From assembly GCA_030654965.1 (NCBI GenBank), contig JAURWL010000086.1, positions 102 to 64,101 on the forward strand: a DNA stretch of 64,000 bases. Reading direction: 5' to 3'. Under the pieces are notes generated by a model. That model was given only the letters and a program-made list of their open reading frames with translations, did no database searches and was not told where the DNA came from. The DNA comes from Dehalococcoidales bacterium. Its GTDB lineage: Bacteria > Chloroflexota > Dehalococcoidia > Dehalococcoidales > Fen-1064. A program made the position numbers and the translations under genes. Shown here one piece after another: positions 1 to 9,141 of this stretch; positions within the stretch are counted from its first letter, which is position 1; each line of letters starts with the position of its first letter.

Positions 1-2
1 AG

Positions 3-461
3 ACGATAAGGAAAGCGATCACCGATGCTTCTGTGCCGCAATACTCCCTCACGGCTGCCAGGCCAAGCCTGGTGATGGGTCCGTATCTGGATACTATCAA
101 AGCATGGCTTGAGGCGGATAAAAGCCGTCCTGCGAAGCAACGGCATACCGCCCACCGCATTTATGTGAGACTCGTCAACGAATGTGGTTTCACGGGGGCA
201 GAGCGCACCGTCCGCGAGCATGTCGCCAAACTCAGACCAACATTCACGGAGATGTTTATTCCTCTGGAATTTGACCCTGGCGCTGATGCTCAGTGTGACT
301 GGGGAGAGGCACAGGTACTCATGGCCGGCAAGCTAATCAACGCCCAGGTCTTATGCATGAAACTCAGCTGTTCCGGCAGGCCGTTTGTCATGGCTTTCCC
401 TACGCAACGACAAGAGGTGTTTTTCGAGGGCCAACGCCGGTCATTTGAATGGTACGAGGGT
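3..461 (+). pseudogene. istA: IS21 transposase IstA, N-terminal part (5' partial, disrupted)
   Basis: Translation ...LDTIKAWLEADKSRPAKQRHTAHRIYVRLVNECGFTG...DWGEAQV...FFEGQRRSFEWYEG is typical of the IstA HTH/catalytic N-terminal region. After nt 461 the frame runs into foreign sequence and stops at 497. Confidence 0.8.
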
Positions 462-506
462 TATGTGGGTAATCTGTCAAGAGGAAAAAGTGGGTAGCAT
501 GGCCGT

Positions 507-2408
507 TCATGGTGCGGGTTCTAGACTAAGGATTAACCTCCTGAAAACCTCCACACGGCGAGATTGCCCTTTCGCGTCTGCGTCTTCCCTTTGCTTTTCG
601 AGAGTAGGCAGAAAGTCTGCGGTTGTGAGAAAGCAGGCACAGCTCTCGCAGATGGTCTCGAAGTCGCACGTGACACCTTCCGATCGCGTACAGTAACCGT
701 TGCCGAGCATCCGCCATTGATGCTCTTGTCGCAACCGGCGCATCTGGGGACCTTCAACAACGGCCGGGAAGGTCCGTAGTCCGTCGTCGAACACATCTGG
801 CTGTGGCTGCTTGTAGAGTCGCTCCAGCTGCTCACTAACTGCGAAGTATTCCTTCTGCACGGTGCGGTTGGCAATACGGGCATAGACCAAGGTCATGGTG
901 AGGGAACGGTGCCCTAACAGGTTAGCGATGCTCTCTAAGCTCATTCCGCGATTGATCGCCTGAGTAGCCAGTGTGTGGCGCAGTCGGTGAGGCGAAACTT
1001 TTTCCCTGATACCGGAGGCACTCGCGACCCGGCATACTACATCATCTACTCGCCCCGGACTGATGCGACGGCCATGGTCAGTGAAGAGATAGTCCCAGGG
1101 ATGCTGTGGCTGAGTGTAAGCAAACCATTCGTCGAGTAGGCTCTTCACTACGGGATGTAGTGGGATGTAACGGTCGGTATGAAGTTTGCCCACCGGGACT
1201 CGGAGCCAATAGGCACTCCCTAACTGGATCACGCTATCTGCGGTAATGTCCGTGAACTCCCCCTTACGGAGCCCGGTGCGCAGTAGCATTTCCACGCAGA
1301 CTCGTGTGAACAGATCGGGGGAAGCCTGTGCTGTCCTCAGCAAAGCCGATGCCTGGGCATCGTCGAGAAAGCGAGGCAAAGGGGTCTCCCTGATCGGGAA
1401 ATCACCATCGAAGATCAACGGTCTGGGTGGTACTTCTTCCCAACCCCACTCGGTGATTTGCAGGAAGAAACATCGGAGACATCCCAAGGCTACGGCTGCC
1501 GTCTTCGCGTGGAGACGGGCTCCGGGCGGGCGATGAGCACCGGGCAAGCAGGAGACAGTGCGCAGATGCTCCTTGAAACCTTCGATATGGCGTCTTTGTA
1601 CCTGGGCAATGCGCGAAATTTCAGGAGCCGACTCAGCCAGCCATGTAAAGAATCGGCGCAGGGCATGCTCATGGTTAATGACTGTTCCGGGGCGACGCAC
1701 CAGAGCAATCTGATCCAGGTAGCGCCAAGCTGTAGTTCGAATTGCAGTCGAGGAGACACCACGCCAAAGGTCCTGTCGGCTGGTCAAGCCCTTAGTGCGA
1801 CGGCGAGCAAGGTTCGGAAGCACCCCCATATGAAAAAGAACCGTCCGCACTCCGAAAAGCCTGCCATGCCAATACCGGGGGTCGCTGCCGTAGCCCGCCT
1901 CTATCCAGGCGACGTGTACCGCATTAGTGAACGCATCCATGTCGCCTATGGTCAGTTCTTTTAATTCCTTCTGCGAGTACGCCATGACGCAGGCGAGGGC
2001 GTGGAACTGCTGGCTTAGAATATCAACCGAGTAATGAAGACGACGGCCCACTTCCATGTATTGGGCAAAGGTTTCTCGTTCCAGATAGCGACGAGCCACT
2101 TTGCCCAGGTTGGGACGAGCAGATATCAAGTACGCGGCAGACGCTGGCAAAAGGTGGCGCAAAAAAAGATAGTGAAGAAAGTAGCGGCTTTTGCGTGGGC
2201 CACGGAGTTGGTCTGGTAGAGGCAAAGACAGCCATTCCTTCAAGTGAGGGAAATGCCGCAGAAATGCCCGAGCACCCCATAGGACGGGGTCGAGAGACTC
2301 CAGATTAGTCGCATAGCCAGCAGCACCAAGATAGCTGGCATAGTCCCTCAGCAGCTGCGAATGAAATAATGTCGTTTCTGCCTGGTCAACAAGCTGGGTA
2401 CTAGTCAT
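507..2408 (-). CDS. tyrosine recombinase, Tn554 TnpB-like (633 aa)
   Basis: C-terminal catalytic region HRLRHTLATQAINRGMSLESIANLLGHRSLTMTLVYARI (R..HxxR..H..Y). Cys-rich tail CDFETICESCACFLTTADFLPTLEKQ. The start overlaps the upstream recombinase stop by 4 nt (ATGA). Confidence 0.8.
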   Translation of the reverse strand: MTSTQLVDQAETTLFHSQLLRDYASYLGAAGYATNLESLDPVLWGARAFLRHFPHLKEWLSLPLPDQLRGPRKSRYFLHYLFLRHLLPASAAYLISARPNLGKVARRYLERETFAQYMEVGRRLHYSVDILSQQFHALACVMAYSQKELKELTIGDMDAFTNAVHVAWIEAGYGSDPRYWHGRLFGVRTVLFHMGVLPNLARRRTKGLTSRQDLWRGVSSTAIRTTAWRYLDQIALVRRPGTVINHEHALRRFFTWLAESAPEISRIAQVQRRHIEGFKEHLRTVSCLPGAHRPPGARLHAKTAAVALGCLRCFFLQITEWGWEEVPPRPLIFDGDFPIRETPLPRFLDDAQASALLRTAQASPDLFTRVCVEMLLRTGLRKGEFTDITADSVIQLGSAYWLRVPVGKLHTDRYIPLHPVVKSLLDEWFAYTQPQHPWDYLFTDHGRRISPGRVDDVVCRVASASGIREKVSPHRLRHTLATQAINRGMSLESIANLLGHRSLTMTLVYARIANRTVQKEYFAVSEQLERLYKQPQPDVFDDGLRTFPAVVEGPQMRRLRQEHQWRMLGNGYCTRSEGVTCDFETICESCACFLTTADFLPTLEKQREDADAKGQSRRVEVFRRLILSLEPAP

Positions 2409-3487
2409 TGGACTGTACCCCCCGACGCTTCAGGAAGAAACAGGGCGTTCGAGACTCGCAAGTACTCTTCTTGAAAATGACGCTGGCACAGGTGGAGATA
2501 GTTCCGGGTCGAATTAATGTCGCGATGACCAGCTTGGGCTTGAAGCGCTTCTAGAGACATGCCCGCTTCCCGCAGGCGGGTAAGACAGGTGTGTCTAAGG
2601 CGGTGGCATTGAACGCGTGGGGTACCAGCCTTCTGGCGGTTGTAGGAGACAATCGTATCCAAGCCAGCGATGCTGAGGGGGCAGCCCTTATGGGGACCCT
2701 TCAACACCACAAACAACTGTGGCACTGAGCTTGGTGGGCGTTCCTCGGCAAGATAACTGGCGACAGCCCGGAGCGCCATAGAGGCTATCGGTATAAGCCG
2801 CTGGTGTCCGCCTTTTCCCTGTCTGACCAAGACGGTACGCCGACCAAAGTGCACATCTTCCAGAGTAAGGGCAATGACTTCCGCTTTGCGAAGTCCACCA
2901 AAAAGCATGAGAAAAATCATTGCCCGGTCCCGTTGGGTACGCAGGGATCTCAAAAAGCGGTTAAGTTCCTCCGATTCTAGGACTTGGGGTAAGGTGCGGG
3001 GGGTGCGCAATAGCGGCGTTACCTTATTACATTGGCCGTTCCAAGATTGTCCCCGTACCGGCAGGCCGCGCGGGACCGGATTCGACCGTAACGGAGTATC
3101 CCCACGAACCAGAAGATAGCTGTAAAGGGTCGATATGGTAGATAGCCGACGTTTGATGGTGCGGTTAGATAAACCACTAACTTCAGATCGGTTCCTAACG
3201 TGGCTCGTATTTGGCGTCTCTCGTTGCTGCCGAATGAACGTGAATATATCCGTAGGATTGACCTCCAACACCGACTTGCTCACGGCGTTAACAAAGATCT
3301 GAAGATCATAAGCATGACTCACCCACGTATTGGGGCGACAGCGGTAACGAATGAACTCCAGGTAGGCATCGACCTCTGGAATGTCCAACCAAAGACGATG
3401 TAGCTTCCCTTCACGGAATTCTCTATGCAATCTATATGTCACGGGCCTACCTCCCTTGATAAACATTGGCCTCAATTCTACTCCCAT
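2405..3487 (-). CDS. tyrosine recombinase, Tn554 TnpA-like (360 aa)
   Basis: HRLRHTCLTRLREAGMSLEALQAQAGHRDINSTRNYLHL catalytic motifs and an N-terminal SAM-like core-binding region. Only 18 nt of element sequence lie upstream of its ATG. Confidence 0.8.
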   Translation of the reverse strand: MGVELRPMFIKGGRPVTYRLHREFREGKLHRLWLDIPEVDAYLEFIRYRCRPNTWVSHAYDLQIFVNAVSKSVLEVNPTDIFTFIRQQRETPNTSHVRNRSEVSGLSNRTIKRRLSTISTLYSYLLVRGDTPLRSNPVPRGLPVRGQSWNGQCNKVTPLLRTPRTLPQVLESEELNRFLRSLRTQRDRAMIFLMLFGGLRKAEVIALTLEDVHFGRRTVLVRQGKGGHQRLIPIASMALRAVASYLAEERPPSSVPQLFVVLKGPHKGCPLSIAGLDTIVSYNRQKAGTPRVQCHRLRHTCLTRLREAGMSLEALQAQAGHRDINSTRNYLHLCQRHFQEEYLRVSNALFLPEASGGTVQ

Positions 3488-3505
3488 TACCTACATATTA
3501 CCGGT

Positions 3506-4453
3506 GTCCCGGCGCGGGTTAGCTATGACAATCTTACCACAGCGGTACGCAAGGTCCTGCGGGGACGGAACCGGCAAGAGCAGAATGCCTTTATCGCATT
3601 CCGGTCTCATTACGTCTTCGATTCTCACTTCGCCATGGTGGCTACACCGAGGGAACAGGGACGGGTAGAGAGCCTGGTCGGCTACATGCGGCGCAACTAC
3701 TTCGTACCGGTACCGGAAGCGGAGTCGTTTGAGGAACTGAACCGGATATTGCTGGCGCGGCTGCTGGAAGATGACAAACGCCTTGTGCCCGGGAAGGAGA
3801 TGACAGTCGGTCAGGCGTGGGAGACGGAGAAACCGAAGCTTCGGCCGCTGCCGCGGTTCCCTCACCGGTGTTGCGTGAGTCGTCCGGTGAAAGCCAGCCA
3901 TTTGAGTTTAGTGACCTTCGATAGTAACCGGTACTCGGTGCCGGTCGAATACGGCTTCAGCAAGCTGACTCTGTATGCCTATGCCTGGCACATCGAGATC
4001 TCCTGCGGCGACCGCATTATCGCTACCCACGAGCGCTGCTATGACAGAGGGCGAGAAATCATGGAGGTCGACCATTATCTGGCGTTGCTGCTCTTGCGTC
4101 CGGGCGCCTTCCCTTACGCCAGGCCGGTGCGCCAGTGGAAGATGCCGCCGGTGTACCGGGACTGCTATGAGGCGCTCTGCCGTAAACACAGTGGGGACGG
4201 GGTGCGTGAATTCCTTCAGGTGCTCGCCCTGGGCAGGATGTACGGGAAAAACGCTGTCGAAAGCGCCATGACCCAGGCGCTGGCGGAGAATCTTGTCAGT
4301 AGTGACCGGATAAGACAACTAGTCTCCGGAAACAGTGCGACGGTCGACCAGAACTTGTGGTCCGTCCACCTGGGACAGGTGAAAGTGGTGCTCCCGGACC
4401 TCAATCAATTCGACCGTCTGAGAGACATGGCGGTGGTCGGAGGGAGCGAGTAG
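3506..4453 (+). pseudogene. istA: IS21 transposase IstA, C-terminal part (disrupted)
   Basis: VPARVSYDNLTTAVRKVLRGRNRQEQNAFIAFRSHYVFDSHF... continues the IstA catalytic and C-terminal region in the frame expected from 459-461. Confidence 0.8.
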
Positions 4454-4454
4454 C

Positions 4455-5207
4455 ATGGCAAACGATATCTTGCTGCGAAGCCACCTGAAAAGACTGCGGC
4501 TGCCGGTGATCACCCAGAACTACGCCAGGCTTTCGAAGGAAGCGGCGGCGAACAACCAGAGCTACCAGGATTACCTGCTGGCGCTCCTCGAAGGTGAAGT
4601 GCTGCAGCGCGATGAAAACGCCCAGAAGTTGCGGCTGGCACGGGCACGCTTTCCGGTCATCAAGATGCTCGATAGTTTTGACTTCAGCGCCCTACCTTCT
4701 CTCAACAAGGCACTGGTGATCGAGCTTTCCCGCGGTAGCTTCGTCGACCGCCGCGAGAACGTCATCTTCATCGGCAGCTACGGCACCGGGAAAACCCACC
4801 TCGCCACTGCTCTCGGAATAGCCGCTTGCTATCAGGGGAAGAAAGTACGTTTCTACACCGCCGCCGGACTGATCAATGACCTGCTGGAAGCACATGCCCA
4901 GCTCAGAATCAGCAGGCTCGAATCGGCTCTGGCCAAATGCGACCTCATCATCCTCGACGAACTTGGTTTCGTCCCCTTCAGCAAAGAGGGCGCCGAAGCG
5001 CTCTTCACCTTCTGCTCTTCCCGCTACGAACGGGGCTCCCTCGCCATCACCACCAATCTGGACTTTGCCCGGTGGAAGGAGGTCTTCGGCGACGAGGCGC
5101 TGACGGGGGCACTATTAGACCGGCTCACACACCGGTGCCATATTATCGAAATGAATGGGGACAGCTACCGCTTTAAAGAAAGCTTGAGGAGGAAAGAAAA
5201 GAAGTGA
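4455..5207 (+). CDS. istB: IS21 helper ATPase IstB
   Basis: Walker A GSYGTGKTHLATALG, Walker B LIILDELG, 250 aa, immediately downstream of istA. Confidence 0.92.
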   Translation: MANDILLRSHLKRLRLPVITQNYARLSKEAAANNQSYQDYLLALLEGEVLQRDENAQKLRLARARFPVIKMLDSFDFSALPSLNKALVIELSRGSFVDRRENVIFIGSYGTGKTHLATALGIAACYQGKKVRFYTAAGLINDLLEAHAQLRISRLESALAKCDLIILDELGFVPFSKEGAEALFTFCSSRYERGSLAITTNLDFARWKEVFGDEALTGALLDRLTHRCHIIEMNGDSYRFKESLRRKEKK

Positions 5208-5290
5208 ACTGATAAGGTCAACTACCGGCAATGGTGTGGTCCCCTTTTAGAGTGCCGTTAGTGGGTCCCATTTCGGTTGCCGAAAACACA

Positions 5291-5450
5291 CCTCTTCGGC
5301 AGAAATTCCCAGGGTGACTTTTTCCGCGCGTAATGAAGTGGCTATCTGATTATTTCTGACAACACCCGTGCCAACGAAAGCCCCGCCGACCCCAATCCCC
5401 ACAAGTCCGAGAAGTAAAACTACGATGCCGATGGCTTTAATGGTATTCAT
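5291..5450 (-). pseudogene. small membrane protein truncated by the IS21 insertion (N-terminal 53 codons native)
   Basis: MNTIKAIGIVVLLLGLVGIGVGGAFVGTGVV...AEEV is native sequence. The last 13 codons (CFRQPKWDPLTAL*) are read from inside the IS terminus. Confidence 0.6.
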
Positions 5451-5581
5451 TGTATTCCTCCTTTTATTACCATTTCAGTAATGATTGTAGGTTGTCAGTG
5501 CCCACTAGTATATGATATAAATCACATACTGTCTAAGATACCTGAATTACCATTCAAATATGTGGGTGAAGAGGCGGACAG

Positions 5582-8068
5582 ATGAGCGAAAGGACTATCA
5601 CTGAGCAGAAAAAAGGTAAATCGAAGACGAGCATTCCCATCACCGGCATGACCTGTGTCAATTGCGCCGCTACCATCGAGAAAGGTCTGGCGGAAACCGA
5701 AGGTGTGGAGAACGCCAGCGTCAATTTCGCCTCGGAAAAAGCCACTATTGAGTACGACCCCGGTAAAGTCGACCTGACCAAAATCAAAGAAACTATCTCC
5801 GAGCTTGGTTACGGCATCGCTACAAAGAAGTCGATTTTTCCCGTAGGCGGGATGACCTGCGCCGCGTGTGTCGCCCGGGTTGAAGAAGCGCTCAAAGATG
5901 TTCCCGGCGTCGTTTCCGTGAGCGTCAATCTGGCTTCGGAAAAGGCTACCGTGGAATATCTAGAAGGTACTCAGTACGCCGACCTGAAGAAGGCGGTTGA
6001 GGAAGCCGGCTATGAGCTGGGTCCGGAAATTGAAGCGCTGGAAGATGTCAGTGAGACATCTCAACGGGAAATCCGTAAAATAAGAAACCGTTTTATTTTT
6101 GCCGCAGTTCTCACCGTACCCATCATGGTGATGATGTTTACCCCTGAGTTTCATTTCATGCACTATGTGCTTCTGGCGCTGGCGACCCCGGTGCAGTTCT
6201 GGGCAGGCTGGCGCTTCTATAAGGGGATGTGGGGCGCGCTCAAGCATCGCACCTCGGATATGAACACCCTCATCGCCGTCGGCACATCCGCTGCTTACAT
6301 ATATAGTGTGCTGGCGGTCTTTTTCCCCGGTTTGTTTACATCCGGCGGATTGGAAGCACATACCTATTTTGATACATCATCGGCGATTATCACACTTATT
6401 CTGCTTGGTAGATTCTTAGAAGCAAGAGCCAAAGGGCAAACCTCTGAAGCCATCAAGAAACTCATCGGCATGCAACCCAAGACCGCCACGGTTATCCGTG
6501 ATGGAGAGGAGAAAGAAATCCCCATTGAAGACCTGCAGGTAGGCGACCTTATCCGTGTAAAGCCGGGAGAGCGTGTGCCAGTGGACGGGATTATCCGTGA
6601 AGGGCACTCCAGCCTTGATGAATCGATGATTACCGGTGAAAGTATCCCTGTAGAAAAAAATGCCGGCGACGAAGTTATCGGGGCGACCATTAACAAGACC
6701 GGCGCTTTCCGTTTTGAAGCCACGAAGGTTGGAAAGGATACTACTCTTGCCCGCATCGTGCGATTGGTGGAAGAGGCGCAGGGCAGTAAAGCGCCCATAC
6801 AGCGCCTTGCTGATGTTATTGCCAGCTACTTCGTGCCGACGGTTATTGCTATCGCTATCATCACTTTTCTGGTCTGGTTCTTTGCCGGACCGGAGCCATC
6901 TCTGACCTATGCATTTCTCAACTTTGTGGCAGTGCTTATCATCGCTTGCCCCTGCGCGCTGGGTCTGGCAACTCCGACTGCAATCATTGTGGGCACTGGC
7001 AGAGGCGCGGAACACGGTATTCTTATACGTAGCGCCGAAACACTGGAACGCGCGCATAAAATCAACGCTGTTCTCCTGGACAAGACCGGTACTCTTACCC
7101 TAGGTGAACCGAATGTGACCAATATCATCGCCATACCGCCGCTTACGGAGAATGAGGTCTTACGGTTGGCGGCATCAGCAGAAAAACCTTCGGAGCACCC
7201 TCTTGGTGAGGCAATCGTCCGGGCGGCGGGTGAAAAGGGATTGGAATTGGTCCCGGTGATGGACTTCACGGCTGACCCCGGGCACGGCATTGACGGGGTA
7301 GTGGGTGGGAAGAAAATCCTGTTAGGCAATTTGCGGATGATGCAGAAACGCGGACTGAAACTAAACGGACTTGAGGAGCAGGCTAGTAAGCTCTGGGAAC
7401 AGGGAAAGACCGTTATGTTCCTGGGGATAGAGGGACAGGCAGTTGGATTGATAGCCCTTGCCGATACGCTTAAACCGGATGCGCCGGATGCTGTCCGTCA
7501 GTTACATCGGTTGGGGATTGAAGTGGTCATGGTAACCGGTGATAACCGCCGTGCGGCGGAAGCGATTGCCAGAGAGGCGGGAATCGACCGCGTTTTTGCT
7601 GAGGTCCTTCCGGAACATAAAGCACAGGAAGTGAAAAAACTGCAGAGCGAAGGTAAAGTGGTGGCAATGGTCGGCGACGGAATTAATGACGCCCCGGCGC
7701 TGGCGCAGGCAGATGTGGGCATCGCCATCGGGACAGGCACCGATGTGGCAATGGAAACCGGTGACATTACACTCATTCGTGGAGAATTAAAAGGTATCGT
7801 TACTGCCATTTCGTTGAGCAAACGCACCATGCGGACCATTAAGCAAAATCTCTTCTGGGCGTTCGCCTACAATGTGATTCTTATCCCGGTTGCCGCCGGC
7901 GTGCTGTATCTTGCTTTCGGACATAATGGTGTGCCGTCAGGCCTGCAATTTGCCTTTGGTGAGCGCGGTTTTCTGAACCCGATTTTAGCGGCGGCGGCAA
8001 TGGCGTTAAGCTCAATCACAGTCATTAGCAACTCATTACGGTTGCGGGGATTCAAACCCGGGAAGTAA
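5582..8068 (+). CDS. copA: copper-translocating P1B-type ATPase
   Basis: Two N-terminal HMA domains ([16 protein letters not shown]), a CPC transmembrane motif, the DKTGT phosphorylation site and GDGINDAP. Confidence 0.95.
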   Translation: MSERTITEQKKGKSKTSIPITGMTCVNCAATIEKGLAETEGVENASVNFASEKATIEYDPGKVDLTKIKETISELGYGIATKKSIFPVGGMTCAACVARVEEALKDVPGVVSVSVNLASEKATVEYLEGTQYADLKKAVEEAGYELGPEIEALEDVSETSQREIRKIRNRFIFAAVLTVPIMVMMFTPEFHFMHYVLLALATPVQFWAGWRFYKGMWGALKHRTSDMNTLIAVGTSAAYIYSVLAVFFPGLFTSGGLEAHTYFDTSSAIITLILLGRFLEARAKGQTSEAIKKLIGMQPKTATVIRDGEEKEIPIEDLQVGDLIRVKPGERVPVDGIIREGHSSLDESMITGESIPVEKNAGDEVIGATINKTGAFRFEATKVGKDTTLARIVRLVEEAQGSKAPIQRLADVIASYFVPTVIAIAIITFLVWFFAGPEPSLTYAFLNFVAVLIIACPCALGLATPTAIIVGTGRGAEHGILIRSAETLERAHKINAVLLDKTGTLTLGEPNVTNIIAIPPLTENEVLRLAASAEKPSEHPLGEAIVRAAGEKGLELVPVMDFTADPGHGIDGVVGGKKILLGNLRMMQKRGLKLNGLEEQASKLWEQGKTVMFLGIEGQAVGLIALADTLKPDAPDAVRQLHRLGIEVVMVTGDNRRAAEAIAREAGIDRVFAEVLPEHKAQEVKKLQSEGKVVAMVGDGINDAPALAQADVGIAIGTGTDVAMETGDITLIRGELKGIVTAISLSKRTMRTIKQNLFWAFAYNVILIPVAAGVLYLAFGHNGVPSGLQFAFGERGFLNPILAAAAMALSSITVISNSLRLRGFKPGK

Positions 8069-8201
8069 TAAAAAAGAAAGCCCGATAATGTCTTTCTGAG
8101 GAGAGAAGCGACGAAGAATCTCCGTCACTACTAAGTAGGCAGGGAGACCCTTCCCCCGACAGGTCGGGGGTCAGGGTGGTAAATAAAAAAGGGGTATTAA
8201 A

Positions 8202-8351
8202 ATGGCAATCGACCCGGTTTGCCACATGACAGTTGACGAAAAGAAGGCGCCAGCAACATCGGAATATAAAGGACAGAAGTATTATTTCTGCGCCGTCGGC
8301 TGTAAGAAGGCATTCGACAAGAACCCGGAAAAGTATCTGGCAAAGAAATAG
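8202..8351 (+). CDS. YHS-domain metal-binding protein (49 aa; below the ORF-track cutoff)
   Basis: MAIDPVCHMTVDEKKAPATSEYKGQKYYFCAVGCKKAFDKNPEKYLAKK has the classic YHS/TRASH pattern DPVCGM..-like ...YYFCS..C...F. A purine-rich RBS lies upstream. Confidence 0.8.
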   Translation: MAIDPVCHMTVDEKKAPATSEYKGQKYYFCAVGCKKAFDKNPEKYLAKK

Positions 8352-8366
8352 TAGCGGAGGGGCTGG

Positions 8367-8510
8367 ATGCCGCGCCTGAGGGATTTCTTCACCAATATGT
8401 CCGCACCGATGCCTTTGCACCGGAAGCTCTGTTTGGTGTTTCGCAATAACTGGATTAAGATTAGCAGGCGGCAGAGCTGTTGCGGACATCACGGCGAGCC
8501 CGGATGTTGA
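8367..8510 (+). CDS. small Cys-rich protein ending in CCGHHGEPGC (47 aa), function unknown
   Basis: Hand-translated ORF MPRLRDFFTNMSAPMPLHRKLCLVFRNNWIKISRRQSCCGHHGEPGC, 15 nt after the YHS gene stop. The support is only its position and the cysteine/histidine cluster. Confidence 0.4.
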   Translation: MPRLRDFFTNMSAPMPLHRKLCLVFRNNWIKISRRQSCCGHHGEPGC

Positions 8511-8551
8511 CAGGTTGAGTCGCAGGCTCCGGGTGCGGAGTCACGGTAGAA

Positions 8552-8797
8552 CTACTTTGCCAGAGCTTCGTCTAGTGCTTTCTGATTGAAGCCGATGATG
8601 ATTTGTTCGCCAACTATGATAACCGGTACACCCATTTGACCCGATTTGGTAATCATCTCTCTGGCTTTTTCCTGGTCCTTGCCGACATCATGCTCAGTGA
8701 AAGCGATGCCTTTTTTCGAAAGATACTCTTTCGCTCTGTGACACCAGGGTCAGGTCTGGGTGGTGTAGATGGTTATCTGTTTTTTCTGTTCAGCCAC
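8552..8797 (-). CDS. glutaredoxin-like (YruB/NrdH-type) selenoprotein, 81 aa with an in-frame TGA
   Basis: GTG start 8 nt after AAGGAGG. Translation: (M)AEQKKQITIYTTQT-U-PWCHRAKEYLSKKGIAFTEHDVGKDQEKAREMITKSGQMGVPVIIVGEQIIIGFNQKALDEALAK. The TGA (complement of 8750-8752) sits exactly at the first Cys of the CxxC motif. A hairpin CGAAAG-AGUAU-CUUUCG (8717-8733) starts 17 nt downstream. Confidence 0.75.
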
Positions 8798-9041
8798 AAC
8801 TCCCCCTCCTTGCGGTTTACATCTCCCTGTAATGCCATATTAATTGGCGCATGCGAAACATGTCAAGGTAAGATGATTGGTGAAACAAAATCCCCTCCCA
8901 CTTTGGGGTGGCTTTGCCTTATGAGTCCTAATTATCAATGACTTTATAGGTAACTGGTAATTCTGACCAGAAAGTCGGTTCAACGCTTGGTAGTAATAAT
9001 GAAAGGGCGATGCTCCCTTAGTGAACGATAGTACCTACGAC

Positions 9042-9070
9042 TTGACATCAGTTAAGTTGAATTATACTAT
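9042..9070 (+). promoter_or_regulatory. putative sigma70-type promoter for the proteasome-like gene
   Basis: TTGACA (9042-9047), 17-nt spacer, TACTAT (9065-9070). A perfect palindrome CGTTTAGC-CAT-GCTAAACG lies at 9088-9106 in the predicted leader. Confidence 0.4.
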
Positions 9071-9141
9071 ATAGGTGCGTGTGTTGACGTTTAGCCATGC
9101 TAAACGTGTGAATCATACACTATTAGGGACTAGGGCTGAGT

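Larger units (their letters stand above)
462..3505 (-). mobile_element. Tn554-like two-recombinase element (3,044 bp) inserted into istA
   Basis: This segment interrupts the istA codon series between GGT 459-461 and GTC 3506-3508; GGT is present at both junctions (459-461 and 3503-3505). It carries two overlapping tyrosine recombinase genes of 360 and 633 aa, in the same order and close to the sizes I recall for Tn554 TnpA/TnpB. I saw no obvious terminal inverted repeats and no tnpC-sized third ORF. Confidence 0.6.
1..5290 (+). mobile_element. IS21-family insertion sequence; its left end lies beyond the window start and istA is interrupted by a nested element
   Basis: The istA-like frame is open from nt 3, breaks after 461 and resumes in the same protein at 3506 (...FEWYEG|VPARVSYDNL...). 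istB starts 1 nt after the istA stop. Subterminal direct repeats are GTGGTCCCCTTTT (5236-5248) and GTGGGTCCCATTT (5261-5273). The ...AACACA end at 5290 coincides with the point where the flanking minus-strand gene loses its native sequence. Confidence 0.8.

Noticed and set aside
8052-8492. 146-aa minus-strand ORF spanning the copA-downstream region
   Set aside because: It lies antisense to a clearly recognisable YHS-domain gene (8202-8351) and the following small ORF. It has no recognisable domain and a low-complexity, Arg/Cys-rich translation. I treat it as a shadow ORF.
8603-8941. 112-aa plus-strand ORF
   Set aside because: It is antisense to the glutaredoxin-like frame, which shows strong family similarity and has a proper RBS. 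The plus-strand translation looks like nothing.
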